64,000 nucleotides of DNA from the human T2T-CHM13v2.0 reference genome, Homo sapiens. Every line of letters starts with the position of its first letter. The stretch's first letter is position 1. The notes under the pieces are model-generated. The model ran no database searches and was not told the DNA's origin. It saw only the letters and a program-made list of their open reading frames with translations. Of this stretch, positions 1 through 15,269 are shown piece after piece. The DNA is taken from assembly GCF_009914755.1 (NCBI RefSeq), contig NC_060928.1; one strand, 5' to 3'. The translations under genes and the position numbers were made by a program.

Positions 1-249
1 AGTGCAGTGGTGTGATCTTGGCTTACTGCAACCTCCACCTCCTGGGTTCAGGCGATTCTCATGCCTCAGACTCCCAGTAGCTGGGAGTACATGCAGGCTA
101 CCACGCCCAGCTAATTTTTGTGTTTTTAGTAGAGATGGGGTTTTTGCCATGTTGGCCAGGCTGATCTTGAACTCCTGACTTCAAGTGATCCGCTTGCCTT
201 GGCCTCCCAAGGTGCTGGGATTACAGGCATGAGCCACCGCACCTGGCCG
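1..249 (-). mobile_element. Alu (S/J-type), cut by window edge
   Basis: Reverse-complement Alu text, ending ...gagccaccgcacctggcc. Confidence 0.95.
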
Positions 250-384
250 AATGTTGTCACTTTAAAAGTCCCACTCACTGTCTTCAAGGTGCAGTTCAGT
301 GGCCCTTCCTCTGAGAGGCTTTGCTGGGCGCCTCCAGCTGAGTTGGCTGCTGCCTGCTTCTCAGGTGTGTTAGAAAGAGCACAG

Positions 385-530
385 GAGATCTGACTTTACC
401 ACCCGCCAACCGTGTGACCAGGACAGGCTCTGGGCTCAGTTTTCTTCTCTGAATAATGAGAATCAGAATACATGCTGTAGAGAGTGGTAATGAAGCTTCA
501 ATAACATTTCATTTGAAAGTACTTTGTGAC
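385..530 (+). mobile_element. MIR fragment
   Basis: MIR core-like tgtgacc...ctcagttttcttctctgaataatgag. Confidence 0.55.
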
Positions 531-664
531 CATTTGGGTTTTCTGCAGAATGTAAGATTTGATTAATCTTTACAACATTTTTCCTGACTTCTTCTCTAGC
601 CTTTCTGTCCTCCTCTCTTCATTCATTCAACCAGGTTTTTCCTGAGCAGTTAGGGACAGTCACT

Positions 665-875
665 GCAGTGCTTAGGTACATGGACTCTAGGACCAAACTG
701 CCTGAGTTTAAATCTCTGTTCTACACTTAATAGTCGTATTACTTTGGTATTTAAGCTTACTTTGCCTCAGCTTTCTGATCTGTAAAATCGAAACAGTAAT
801 AGCACCTTATCCTTTGGGTTATTGTGAGGGTTACATGAATTAATATATGTAATTATTTTAGAACCTTCTGCCTGT
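665..875 (+). mobile_element. MIR
   Basis: gcctcagctttctgatctgtaaaat...gttattgtgagggttacatga matches the MIR core. Confidence 0.8.
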
Positions 876-882
876 ACCTATT

Positions 883-1007
883 ACCACTAGAATGTATGTT
901 CTGTATAAGGGCAGAGATTTTTTGTTGCTGTTTTTCATGACTGTAACTCAGTGCCAAGAGCAGTGCCTGGAAATAATGGGCACTTAATAAACATTTGTCA
1001 AATAAAC
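883..1007 (+). mobile_element. L2 3' end
   Basis: cagtgcctgg...cacttaataaacatttgtcaaataaa is a typical L2 terminus. Confidence 0.7.
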
Positions 1008-1191
1008 TAGTAAATATGATAAACCTTGTGGAGAAAAAAATTAAAAAGACAAAGAATGAAATTATATAATGAATGCTTTTATTAAAGTATGGTAAATATT
1101 GTATCATCCTTTTCAAGTTGCCATGAAGGGTTGCAGTAAAAATTTATGGAGATAAGATTCCTGATGGAAAAAGTATCTTTGAAAATCAAAG

Positions 1192-1320
1192 GGCCTGTAA
1201 TCCCAGCACTTTGGGAGGCCAAGGTGAGAGGATCACTTGAGGCCAGGAGTTCTAGACCAGCCTGAGCAACATAGCAAAATCCCATCTCTACAAAAAATTT
1301 AAAACTAAAAAGAAAATCAA
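1192..1320 (+). mobile_element. FLAM / Alu left monomer
   Basis: gcctgtaatcccagcactttgggagg...tctctacaaaaaa, single arm only. Confidence 0.9.
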
Positions 1321-2618
1321 AGTTTACTAAACGATGAGGTTGTTAAGAATTGGGATTATGTCTTCGTATGATTTTGGATCCATAGCACCTAACTTGATTC
1401 CTAATATCTAGTAGAAGATCAAGAAATGAAGGAACAAATGAGTGAATGAATGGATGAGGGTCTACACTCTGGAAGATTGACTGGAGGAAATGTCATCCAT
1501 CCACTATTTTTTGAATTTCTTGTCAGTTAGCTAGCAAATACCATCGCTGAGCAAAATGATCTCAGTGGGTTGCCTAAAGAATCACCTTCATGGAGTCGGT
1601 CTTTTACGTCTTACACTATGCTATTTTTTTTAAGTCAAGGATGATACTATGAAAGAAAACCATATGGAGTCGTTACTGCATTTATTACAGAAGTTTTCAG
1701 GGGAGTCCCATTTCAGTGTTGTTCGAAGAATGCTCTGTTTGAGAACTTCCTTTTAAAATTCAGGGCCAGGATAACTTTGCCTTCCTGAGGCACTGTATGC
1801 CTCTCCCTTTTTGCTGATGAGAAGGATGGGACTAACTGGGTCTCTCTTTTCATTTTGAGTGCCTGGGGCCCCAGAGTCAAACTTGAAGTTCAGTGATGGC
1901 ATACATGTATGTGTCTTTCATTTTAGTAGTCTTGAATTTCTACTCTCATTTAAAATATTTTCCCTGCCTGGATTTTTTAATTTCTACCAATGTTTTGCTG
2001 TTATTTGGTTACATATGTACCTGCTGAAAGCTATGTCAAATCCATGAAGAATGAGGCAAATTATAAATAAATACATATGCATGGATGCATTCTTGCAATC
2101 CTAAAACAACTACTCATACTGAGGCCTCCAGATTTGGTTGCTGACACCAGTGGGAAGAATCCCTTTTCCACAGATCAAGTAGAAATACCAGATGTTCTGT
2201 ATCTCTATGTTGTGCCTGTGGTTCTGATGTATATATGTTCTTTACAATGTTCAGATCATGCAGGGGTGGCTTTCTGAAAATGAAAGGCTGGTTTATGTTC
2301 AGTTTGCTGAAATAGCGCTTTTGCCTGAAAATCTCTTGACCCTTACAGAAAATGCTGTAAATAAATTTATGGTATTTTTTTTTTAAAATAATTCCTCTAA
2401 AGGAAAGAACAAAGATCATCCAGCAAGTTCTTGCCTTCTTCCATCAAGGTAGACCTTGTTTGTGCTCTGCCCTTAATCTCAAAATAGCATATTTCTGAGG
2501 AGTTGTAATTATTGCACCTCAATTGGCAGTCACTTTATGAGTATTTTGTAGACGGTGATAAATCTCAGCATAAGACCGCCAGCCTGATATTTGTTTTAGG
2601 GCAAAATAATGCCTTACC

Positions 2619-2780
2619 TTTATGGCTGGCTGTCATGTGGGCGATGATATGTCAACACAGAGAGGAGAATGTGTGTCACAAGGTGACAGCAAACGACCAC
2701 ATCTGTCAGGGTGATGTCACAGAGCTGACGCAGCCATCAATCAGCTCTTTAAGGATCCTGGCTGAATTCTGAATTTGCAT
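2619..2780. promoter_or_regulatory. Candidate TALE/HOX enhancer (PBX-HOX, MEIS, octamer motifs)
   Basis: Six TGACA/TGTCA cores at 2631-2719, CCATCAATCA (=TGATTGATGG) at 2734-2743 and ATTTGCAT at 2773-2780, all in non-repeat DNA. Confidence 0.45.
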
Positions 2781-3351
2781 ATTGATGAAAGGTAGAGAAC
2801 TATTTCAGCACAGATCTTAGAGCACAACATTTTCAGCATTGTCCTGTGAACTCCAGAGAAATACAAGCCTGCACGCTTTCTCCCCTGAGCCTTTGAATGC
2901 TCTTTTCTCCTTTTTCACTTTCCCATGTGGCAAGAATTGGACTCTTCATCTCCAACTTCAAATCATTTTCCCTGTGGAGCATTTCCCAGCTGTCCCATGC
3001 CAGAGTGGTTGCATGTTGTATGTTATGTGATGGCAGTTATTACTTTATAGTGTTGTGACGACGTCTCACCCCTCTGGGGAGGAATCACTACTCAAGTCCT
3101 GTTATAAAGTTATAGAAAGGAAGGAAAAGTTACTTAAAGGAAAAGTATTCACAGGGGAAAACATTCTAGCACTGACTGCTATATCTCTAGTACATTTTTA
3201 CCGTTTCTTGGGAACAGGTCTCTTTTATCGATTGATAAATAAAAATTTATACATTTATAGAGCGGGTCTCTGTAGTCAGCTATATACAACCTTTCTGTGC
3301 ATAATTGCACTGTCCAAATGCTGAGGTCATCAGTGCTAAACCAATAGTCTC

Positions 3352-4063
<712 letters not shown>

Positions 4064-4169
4064 AAAAATGACTTTCATTGGAATTTTTTTTCTAAAACTT
4101 AATGCATATTTGTCTAATGTAAGCAATTATACCAGAAAAATCCTAGCTAAGTCACTCCCATATTTTGAT

Positions 4170-4465
4170 TTTTTTTTTTTTTTTTGAAGAAGTCTCATTC
4201 TGTCGCCCAGGCTGGAGTGCAGTGGCGCGATCTCCACTCACCGCAACCTCCAATTCCTGGGTTCAAACAATTCTCCTGCCTCAGCCTCCTGAATAGCTTG
4301 AATTACAGGCATGTGCCACCACATCTGGCTAATTTTTGTATATTTTTGTAGAGACAGGGTCTTGCCATGTTGCCCAGGCTGGTCTCAAACTCCTGAGCTC
4401 AAACAGTCTGCCCGCCTCAGCCTCCCAAAATGCTGGGATTACAGGTGTGAGCCACCGTGCCTGGC
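4170..4465 (-). mobile_element. Alu (J-type)
   Basis: Full antisense dimer after a poly-T tract. Confidence 0.93.
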
Positions 4466-4559
4466 CACTACCTGCTTTTTAAATCAAGCTATTTATAAAG
4501 TTTATATTAATATGAACAGACCCTCGCCTCCTGCCTGCAGAAGACAGATGCTGCATGAT

Positions 4560-4775
4560 GGATCATTAAGGCACTAAATAAAAGGGCACTGAATGCAGGT
4601 TTGACTTGGGCTTTTGCCCCATCAGCTATGTTGTCTTTGGGCAAGCTGCTTAAACCTTGGGAGTCCCAGTTTCTTAATCAGTAAAGTGAGGACAGTCATG
4701 CCTACCTTTCCCAGGTATTAAACAAATGAAATGATTTGACGTGCGTATGCGCACCTGTTACGTGATAAACTCTGA
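4560..4775 (+). mobile_element. MIR
   Basis: ctttgggcaagctgcttaaacc...ccagtttcttaatcagtaaagtgagg. Confidence 0.7.
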
Positions 4776-5436
4776 GCCTGTTCACCTCTGCCTCTGGTGC
4801 AGCTTCCTGCTCAGTGCTCCTTGTCCCCTGGACTCCTGCCATTTGAACCTCCTGCACTTTGTTAATAGGCTGGAATACCTTGTGCGTGTTTCCTCAGTAC
4901 CTTTTATCTTGAACCTGTTCACCAATGCAGGAGGAAGATGCAGAAGAAGATAAAGCATTCCACACAAAGGTTTTATCTGGGCGTTCTGGATGTAGTAAGA
5001 AAACTACAGAAATATTCCTCATCCTAAATAAGATTTGTAGTTTTAAAAAAACTCATTAATGTCTTTAAAGAAAGTAATTAACTGAAAAGTGTTCATTATT
5101 CTTGGTAATGGTAATAACTAGTTCTCGGTCTATGGATTTGTAGGGGTAACTCAGCGAGATGTTTGTTTTTATAGGAAGATCACTTAATGAAAGTGATTCT
5201 ATCAGAAAGGACTAAAATAATATTTTGCTTTTGCATAAATTTACATGTTTAGGCAATGTGTAAAATTAGGAGGGCCTGTGGAAAGAAAGAACTGTTTCAT
5301 TCTGGTGTTTGAGGTTAAGGAAAAAAAAAGCAACCCAGATTGATGTAATTTGGAGCTTGAGAATGATTTTTTTTACACATGCCCACCAGACTATTCACAT
5401 TACTAGCAAATGAAATCTCTTCATTTTTAAACTCTT

Positions 5437-6053
<617 letters not shown>

Positions 6054-6169
6054 TAATGTTAACCACAGCCTAACCAGGGCAGGTGAGACTACAAGCACCA
6101 CTTTGTTGAAAAGCACAATTTTGGATCAGAGATGGGTAGATTTTTATTATTAGGCTCGAATTTTTATTT

Positions 6170-6492
6170 TTAAAAATTATTATTATTTTTTTTTAGAAAC
6201 AGGGTCTCACTTTGTTGCCCAGGCTGGAGTGCAGGGGTACAATCATAGCTCACTGTAACCTCTAACTCCTGGGCTCAAGGGATTCTCCCGCCTCACCCTC
6301 CCAAGTAGCTAGGACTATAGATGTGCACCACCATGCCCCTGCTAATTCTTGTGGTTTTTTTGTTTTTGTTTTAAGAAATAGGGGTCTGGCTATGTTGTCC
6401 AGGCTGGTCTTGAACTCTTGGTCTCAAGATCCTCCCACCTTGGCCTGCCAAAGCACTGGGATTATAAGCATGAGCCACCATGCCTAGCTGGG
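6170..6492 (-). mobile_element. AluJ
   Basis: Antisense dimer with J-type features. Confidence 0.92.
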
Positions 6493-6834
6493 CTTGAATT
6501 TTTAAATTGCATCATTTGGATTTAACCTTCACAATTCTTTCTTTTTCATAATATCCTTTGAAACAAGTAAGTAGTTAAGAGCCAAGGCTAATACAGATAA
6601 ATCCTTAACTTGGAGCCCACCTGGTACAACTTCACTTTCCATTATAGGACATAATTACTGAAGCCTGCCTTGTCCAAGGTTTTGTACTGTGCTTTTCACA
6701 GTGGGGGACAGCAGAGATGAGGCATTCAACATCCCACCTGTCAAGGAGTTCAAATTCTAGTAACAGTTTACAATTTAGAAATAATCAGGCAAAATGTTGT
6801 TTAATTTGTTGGTTGGGGTAGAGTGCTCTGCCTT

Positions 6835-7053
6835 AGGGATTGGCAAACTTCTTCTGTAAAGGGCCAGATGGTAAAGGTTTTAGGCTTTTGGGCCAAGTGG
6901 TCTCTGATACAAGTACTCAATTCTGCTGTTGCAGAGGAAAAGCAGTGTAGACATTACTTTAATGAATGGGCATGGCTGTCGTCAGTAAAATCTTGTTTGC
7001 AAAAACAGACTGTGGGCTACATGTGACCAATGGGCTGTAATTTGCCAACTCTG
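6835..7053. mobile_element. MER58A-like hAT-Charlie MITE
   Basis: Terminal inverted repeats agggattggcaaac...tttgccaactctg and internal ctgtaaagggccagatggtaaa. Confidence 0.8.
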
Positions 7054-7250
7054 CTCTGGGGCATGGCCTCTTCACCCTCCACGCTATTCTGAGACCTCTT
7101 TCAGCCTTAGGAGATGCCTCATGAGCATCTTCTCTGTGCCAGGTAGATGAGGAAAATGAGTCTCTGCCTTCGAGACGTTCCAAGGAGAGAAAAAGATAGA
7201 GTAAGACATTTAACCTCTGACAATGACTCAATTTTAAAGCTATAAATATT

Positions 7251-7289
7251 CAGCCTGGGCAACAGTGAGTCCCGTCTTCAAAAAAAAAA
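7251..7289 (+). mobile_element. Severely 5'-truncated Alu (~30 bp plus A tail)
   Basis: cagcctgggcaacagtgagtcccgtcttc(A)n flanked by aaagctat/aaaatatt duplication. Confidence 0.8.
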
Positions 7290-7702
7290 GCTAAAAATAT
7301 TGATACATAATATTTTTCCTCATACAGCACAGATGTGCAGATTGATGAGATGGTTTGTGTAAAATATTTTGATTTACTCAGCTGAATATCATTTGTAATG
7401 TGAAATTGATGCTTGTCCTTTAACAATCTCAAAGGAAATGAGTAAATAAACCAATCTATCCTTTGTTCATATAGAGTCCCCTTATGTTAAAAAAAGTAAC
7501 AATTTTTATCTAGTTTGATTGCTTCATTTTATTTTTATGAAGCACTTTAAAAATTTTTGTTTTATGACATTTTCTAATGGGACCAAATTGCTTTTAAAAT
7601 TTTATTTCTTAATACAATGAGAAAAAATATCTGTATAATTCAGGAACACTGTGGTATGCACTCAGCAAGTTACAAATCCACGATATCTTCCTGTTATTTT
7701 GA

Positions 7703-8025
<323 letters not shown>

Positions 8026-8076
8026 CCTTTGTATCTAATGGGCATTCTGACACTTGTAGAGCTTCTGTAAAAATAG

Positions 8077-8416
<340 letters not shown>

Positions 8417-8459
8417 CAGGAGATAATTTTTTAATTGCTCAAAAAACTATATATTCAGA

Positions 8460-8795
8460 AATAAAAGTGAGCTACTGATACGTGCAACAACATGGAAGAA
8501 TCTCCATAGCATTAGGCGGAGTGCAAGAAGCTGGGCACAAAAGGGAGCCATACTGTATGATTTCATGTATATGACATTTGGGAGAGAGCAAAACTATAGG
8601 GACAGAAATCAGATCAGTGGGTACCAGAGGTTGGGGACGGAGGATGGGATCGACTACAGAAGGAGTCTGAGGGAACTTTTTGGAGTGGTGGAAATGTTTT
8701 ATACCTTGATTGCAGTGTGGTGACATTATTGTGCATGTATGTGAGCTGTATACATAAGAAGGGTGGTAAGTTATACCTCAGTAAGCCTGATCAAA
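8460..8795 (+). mobile_element. Old L1 (L1MC/ME) 3' end
   Basis: caacaacatgg...catactgtatgatttca...aaaactatagggacagaaatcagatcagtgg. Confidence 0.8.
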
Positions 8796-9324
8796 ACTGT
8801 TATAGAGTTTCTCAGGCAAAGATAAATGGAGAATCGACCTAAAAGGTTCTAATAAATTGCTCTTCAGGTTAAATTCTGAATGCAATTTGGTTCAGAGTCC
8901 TCCATTTGTTTCCTTTCAAAGACAGACCTAGTGAGAACATCTGGGCAGGACTGATCTCTGAAATCAAGTGGGAGGAAAGAGAAACAACTTGGGCAGTTGG
9001 AATGTCCTGACCCAGATGGCAGTTTCTGGCCATTCTTTGCAGATTCCAGAGCAGCTCTTGTTTCACTGTGTTAAGGAAGTTCAGGTGAATTTTATCACTT
9101 TCTGCCATCGTCAGTCTGACCTACCCGCATCTTTACCTCCAACTGCCTGGGAAAATGAAAGGTGCAGACTGCAGGCACTTTAGCAGACACATTACTGCCT
9201 TCAGTGATGTTTCTCAGCCTAGTGGTTTAAAGAACATCCACTGAGAGTCTGTTCTCAGCTGGGCACTGACGTAGCAGCAACAGACAGAAATCCCTGCTCC
9301 TCTGGAGCTCACATCTACAGGATG

Positions 9325-9540
9325 GCTAACAGCTCTCATTTATTAAGTGCTTACTGTGTGCCAGGTGCTATGTGTACTGACTCATTCAATCCAGGAAACC
9401 ATTGATTATTAATAATGATTATCACCATTGCCATTTAAAGGTGAGGAAGCTGAAGCACTAAGATTTAAGTAACTTACCCAAGGACACACAGTTAGTATGC
9501 AGCAGATTACTGCTAAGTCCATGCTTTTAGCTACATTGGC
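9325..9540 (-). mobile_element. MIR
   Basis: tgaggaagctgaagcac...aagtaacttacccaaggacacacag. Confidence 0.8.
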
Positions 9541-9849
9541 TCTCTGAGCAGTGTGCCAGTCAGCCAAAAGGTTATACCTTTAAGAGACCCAGAATCTCAG
9601 TACTTCATGCATTAGGGAATAACTTTAAGGTTAAATAAAGCTATCCTATTTATGTAGAAAGAGTTACCTCATGAGAAAAAAGTCAAATAACATTAATAAT
9701 TTACCAAGAAAGAAATGCTACTCAACATACATACAGAAAAATGTTTACCTTACAAAGAAATTAAAAAATAATATTTTGCTTATTATATTAGCAAGCAAAG
9801 AGTTCAAATGGAGAGAGCAAAAACTAATTCATTGCTAGTGGAAATTGAA

Positions 9850-10140
9850 TTTGTTTTGTAAGAGACAGGGTCTCAATCTGTTGCCCAGCCTGCAGTGTAG
9901 TAGCACAATTATAGCTTACTGTAGCCTGGAACTCTTGGGCTTAAGCAGTCGTCATTTCTCAACCTCCAGAGTAGATAGGATTATAGGCACACAACACTAC
10001 ACCTAACTAATAAAAAAATGTTTTTTTGTAGAGATGGGTTTTTTTCTATGTTTCCCAGGCTGGTCTTGAACTCCCAGCCTCAAGCGATCCTCCCTTCTTA
10101 GCCTCCCAGATTACAGGTGTGAGCCACTGTACCCAGCTGG
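9850..10140 (-). mobile_element. AluJ
   Basis: Diverged antisense dimer inside an old L1 fragment. Confidence 0.9.
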
Positions 10141-10332
10141 AAATATAAATTAATATAGTTTGGAAGGCAGTTTGCATTCTGAGCCTTAACCATATTTATT
10201 TCTTTTAACCCAATTTTTTCACTTATATGATTTTATCTTTTGGAAGTAGTCCAAAATATGGAAAAAGTTATGTGCAGCAAAGATATTTGTTGCAGTGCTA
10301 TTTTAAAAAATGAATACAATGGGAAGATCCTA

Positions 10333-10685
<353 letters not shown>

Positions 10686-10854
10686 TTAATGGAGTATTAC
10701 ACAGGCAATTACAATGATAGTAGCAGCAAGGACAATTTAGTAGCATGGAAAAATACAAAACATTAGCTGTAAAAATTTTTTTTAAAGGAAGAATGCAACA
10801 TTGCATGTAAAATATAATGAAAACTTTTTAAGGCAGAGAAAAGGGCCTTCAGCT

Positions 10855-11020
10855 ACAGTTTTCAAACTTCATCTGTGAATCTTCCAATACTAAATAAAGC
10901 ACCATACTCAGAAATTCTGACTTAATAAGTATGGGACAGTGCTCTGAAATCTGCTCATCTGACAGGCACCTGAGGTGATTCTGGTGTGAATGTCCATCCA
11001 TCAGACTCTAAGAACACTGT
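10855..11020. mobile_element. MER5-like hAT element
   Basis: cagaaattctgacttaataagtatggga...aggtgattctggtg...taagaacactg. Confidence 0.6.
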
Positions 11021-11344
11021 CTTGAAAAAACTACACTGACAAAGTTTTAGTGGGATTGTGGGTAATATTTTTCACTTCTTGATTTTTCTTTTGTGATTAT
11101 TTACTACTTTTATAATGAGAAAAGGAAATTTTAAGTTTACCTTTATTATACAATTTATGAAATTATCAATAGATTTATAAGTTATTTCATTTTTTTCAAA
11201 AAAGCTGTGTTATATCTGTAGAACTATTAAAAAGCACGTGACAGATCCACATTGTACTGATATGCAACAGATCTCCAAGTTATTTTAAGAGAAAACAGAA
11301 ATGTGTAGGACAATGTGTATCTAACTTATTAAGCTGGATATTGC

Positions 11345-12625
11345 CAAATTATAATTGTATATATGTATGGGCTATAAAGTGGTGCTATGATATATGTATA
11401 CAATGTGGCATGATTGAATCAAGCTAATTAACATATCATCATCTCAAATACCATTTATTCTTCCTGTCTAACTGAAACTTTGTACCCTTTGACCAGCATC
11501 TGCCTGTTAGCTCCCCTCCCCAGCTTCTGGTAACCACCATTCTGCTCTCTGCTTCTATGATTTGGATCATGTTAGATTCCACATATAAGCAATAATACGT
11601 GGTATTTGTCTTTCTGTGCCTAGCTTATTTCATTTAACATAAGGTCCTCTAATTTCATTCAAGTTGTCGCAAATGATAGGATTTCCCTCTTTTCAAAGTC
11701 TGAATAGACTATTCACAAAACCAATATGTGGAAACAACCTAAATATTCACCAACAGATGAATGGACTTAAAAAATGTGACATATGTATACACAGTAATAT
11801 TATTCAGCCTTAAAAGAGAAGGAAATCCTGCAATACGCAACATGGATGAACCTTGAGGAAATTATGCTAAATGAAATAAGTCAGTTAATTTTATTTATTG
11901 ACCTAGTATCCTAAAACCCTGGGAAACTCACATATTACTTCTGGTTACCTTTGATAGATTCCTCAGGATTTTCTACATAGATTATCATGTTGTCTGTGTA
12001 TAAAGATGGTTTTACTTCTTCCTTTCCAATCTGTATCACTTTTATTTCTCTTTCTTGTCTGTTTCACTGACTATGACCTCTACTACAATGTTAAAGAGAA
12101 GTAGAGAGTATAGACAATTTTGCCATGTTGCCAATCTTGGGAGGAGATCATTCAGCCTTTTATCAAGTAGGATGTTAGCTGTAAGTTTTTCACAGATGCT
12201 CTTTATCAGGGTGAGGAAACTGTCTTGTATTCCCAGTTTTTAAATCATTTTTATTAGAAAAGAATGTTGTTTTTTGTTAAATGTTTTTTCTGAAACTCTT
12301 TAAGATTTTTTTTCTTCTTTTTGTCTGTTAATATTGTAAATTACACTGATTGTGAACCGACCTTGCATTCCTGGGATAAGCATCACTTGGACATAATATA
12401 TTATCCTTTTACCATATTGCAGAATTCAAATTACCAATTTTTAACTTAATGCTTGCATTTATGTCCATAAGGAATATTGCTCTCTAGCTTTCTTACCATG
12501 TATTTGTTTTTGGTATTAGGATTATGCTGGTCTCATAAAATGAGTCTCATTGAAAAAAATAAGAATAAAGGCTTAACAGTATTCACATATATATGTCATT
12601 TTATTTATCTTTTTGTCCACTGATG
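11345..12625. mobile_element. L1M cluster: (-) 3'UTR 11345-11715, (+) 3' fragment 11716-11885, (-) ORF2 remnant 11886-12550
   Basis: Recognisable L1 3'UTR text in both orientations, followed by decayed ORF2 antisense. Confidence 0.8.
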
Positions 12626-12732
12626 GATATATATAATATTATCTGCATATTCAACTATATATATAATTATATATAACTATGTAACTACATATATAATATA
12701 AATTTATATATATAAAACTATAGTTGTATATG
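12626..12732. repeat. TA-rich low-complexity tract
   Basis: Degenerate (TA)n. Confidence 0.8.
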
Positions 12733-13497
12733 CAAAGGATCCCTAGAAAGACACAAAGACACAAAGAATTTGGAACCATTCATTCCTTTCCTACCTTTAG
12801 GTCAAGGGGATTCAGGAATGCAGAAAGATTTTCCCCCATCATACTACTGCTGTGATACTATGGATGAGTAGATGAATGGGCATGAGAGCTAGCCTGAGAA
12901 CCTAATGACCATTTATCACATGGCTTCCATAGAAAAAAGTCATCAGTAGTTCAGCAACAAACTTCACAAGCCAATATATTAAACAAGTCAAATTATTTAA
13001 GGTTACAGACTACCTTTGTTGATGGGGCTCACTACAAAGGCATTCCTGAAGTGGGTAAGATTCATTAGGGGCTGAGGTGTGGAGGGATCAGTGGAAATCT
13101 GTTCCCACTGCCAGAGAACAAACAAATAGGGAGTAAGTTGTTTCTTCGTAGCTAAATCAGGAAGAATCTCTACTATATTCTGAAATCCCAACAAAGGAGC
13201 CTAGGGATGAGCTGATTTAGAGGAAATGAAAATATGAGAATGGAAATTCAAGACAGTTCCATATGGAAGGCCATATGGTTACAGTTTTGGGAACAAGCAT
13301 CATATCTAAAGTATAAATAATTTTTATCATCTAATCAGGAGCTTTGAGTTTCTAGCATTAGCTCAGGGAATAGTACTCTCAAAAGGAAAGGCTCCTTGGT
13401 GGTCCGTTTACCTCCCATGCCCAGAGAACAGGTTCATGAACCCTTGCCAGGCCTATCTTTTCATGCCTGAACTTTAGAGTTTCCTTTAAGTGTATTG

Positions 13498-13783
13498 GTT
13501 TTGTTTTGAGACAGGGTCTGGCTCTGTCACCCAGGCTGGAGTGCAGTGGTGCTATCTTCGCTGATGGCACCTCTACCTCCTAGGCTCAAGCAATCTTCCC
13601 ACCGCAGCCTCCCAAGTAGCTGGGACTACAGGTGCACACCACCACACCCAGCTAATTTTTGTATTTTTTTGTAGAGACGGGGTTTTGCCATGTTGCTCAG
13701 GCTCGTCTCGAACTCCTGAGCTCAAGCCATTCACCTGCCTTGGCGTCCCAAAGTGCTGAGATTACAGGCACCACGACTGGCCC
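13498..13783 (-). mobile_element. AluJ
   Basis: Antisense dimer; TSD ttaagt/agtattg. Confidence 0.93.
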
Positions 13784-14031
13784 GTTAAGAGTATTGTTAA
13801 TCTTTAACCATTTGTTCTGCAGCCGAGTATCAGGGAGATGAGTTTGTTTCCTAAGATGTGCTTGTGAACAGTTGCCTTTGAGAAGTTGAAAATAAAGAAG
13901 CAGATCAGTTTACTCATATGTAATTCAAACAACCAGCAGGGGTATTTATCTGGTGAGCTACTTTACTGAAAAGAATTGAATGAGTTCAGTTTATGATACT
14001 TAGGTTCTGTTTGTACTTTCACTGAGTAGCA

Positions 14032-14066
14032 GAACAACAACAACAACAACAACAACCACAACAAAA
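14032..14066. repeat. (AAC)n microsatellite
   Basis: aacaacaacaacaacaacaacaac read directly. Confidence 0.9.
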
Positions 14067-14550
14067 AACCCTCCTTTTTCCTTCCTCCTCTTCCTCCTCC
14101 ATCCCCTGTAATGGAATAACATTCGAATGCCGACATCACAAACACAGAGGACCCTTCACTTCTTGGCTTGCCACTCCCTGCCTGTCACATGCCTTCTGGT
14201 TTGACTGGAGTAATCCTGGTAGAATCCACGTAGCTCTGAAGAGTGGGTATTCTGAAGAGCGCAGGTTCTTTGAGGGGATGATACATGTTCAGTTGCTCTG
14301 TTGGGAGTGGGAACCATGAATCACAGTGGTAGTGGCAATGTTAAGTGGAAGGTCCAGGGAAAAACCAAGAGTTCTCTGTGCTGCTCATTGAAAATAGGGA
14401 GGCTTAGAGATCTGGGTATCATTTTGGATACTTTTGGTATAGTCATTTTATATACTTTTGGTATTGGGTATAGCAAATCTTGGCTAGGTAAAGAGGGGCT
14501 GGATTTTGGGGGAACTTGAATGGCAGACTCAGACATTTATTCTGTGAATA

Positions 14551-14838
14551 GACTGGGCGCAGTGGTTTGCACCTGTAATCTCAGCACTTCAGGGAGGGAG
14601 AGAAAGGAGGGTTGCTTGAGGCCAGGAGTTTGAGACTAGCCTTGACAACATAGCAAGACCCTATCTCTACAAAAAATTAAAAATTAGCCAGGCATGGTGG
14701 TGTGTGCCTGTAGTAGTCCCAGCTTGAGGCTGAGGCGGGAGGATCGCTTGAGCCCAGGAGCTCGAGGTTACAGTGATCTGTGATTGTGCCACTGCACTCC
14801 AGACTGAGCAGCAGGATGAGACCCTATCTCTTAAAAAA
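14551..14838 (+). mobile_element. AluJ
   Basis: Diverged full dimer. Confidence 0.92.
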
Positions 14839-15158
14839 CTATTACGTGAATAATGGGGAGTCATCATGTGTTTTGTAAATAGGGAGTAATTTAACACAAG
14901 GATAATTGGCTGAATTAATCTGGCAGTAATGTTTAGGGTTCAACAGAGGCAGACAAACTAAATAATAGGATGCTGCAGCAAGTCATGCATGAGTAGGTGG
15001 GATTCTGCATCATGGTGGTGACAGAAATAACAGATTAAAGGGACATTCAAAGAAAGAAACAAATAAGATTTTTAAAAAAACTAATCGGGCATGGAAAATG
15101 ACAGAGAATGAAAAAGCAGAATGACAGAGATCGTCTTAGAAAGACCATGATCATTATA

Positions 15159-15269
15159 TGACGAGTTAATGGGTGTAGCACACCAACACTGCACATGTAT
15201 AAATATGTAACAAACCTGCACGTTGTGCACATTTACCCTAGAACTTAAAGTATAATAAAAAAAAAAAAA
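15159..15269 (+). mobile_element. L1PA 3' terminal ~110 bp with TSD
   Basis: tgacgagttaatgggtg...agaacttaaagtataat(A)n; ~21-bp TSD agaaagacc/tatga/gtcattata. Confidence 0.92.
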
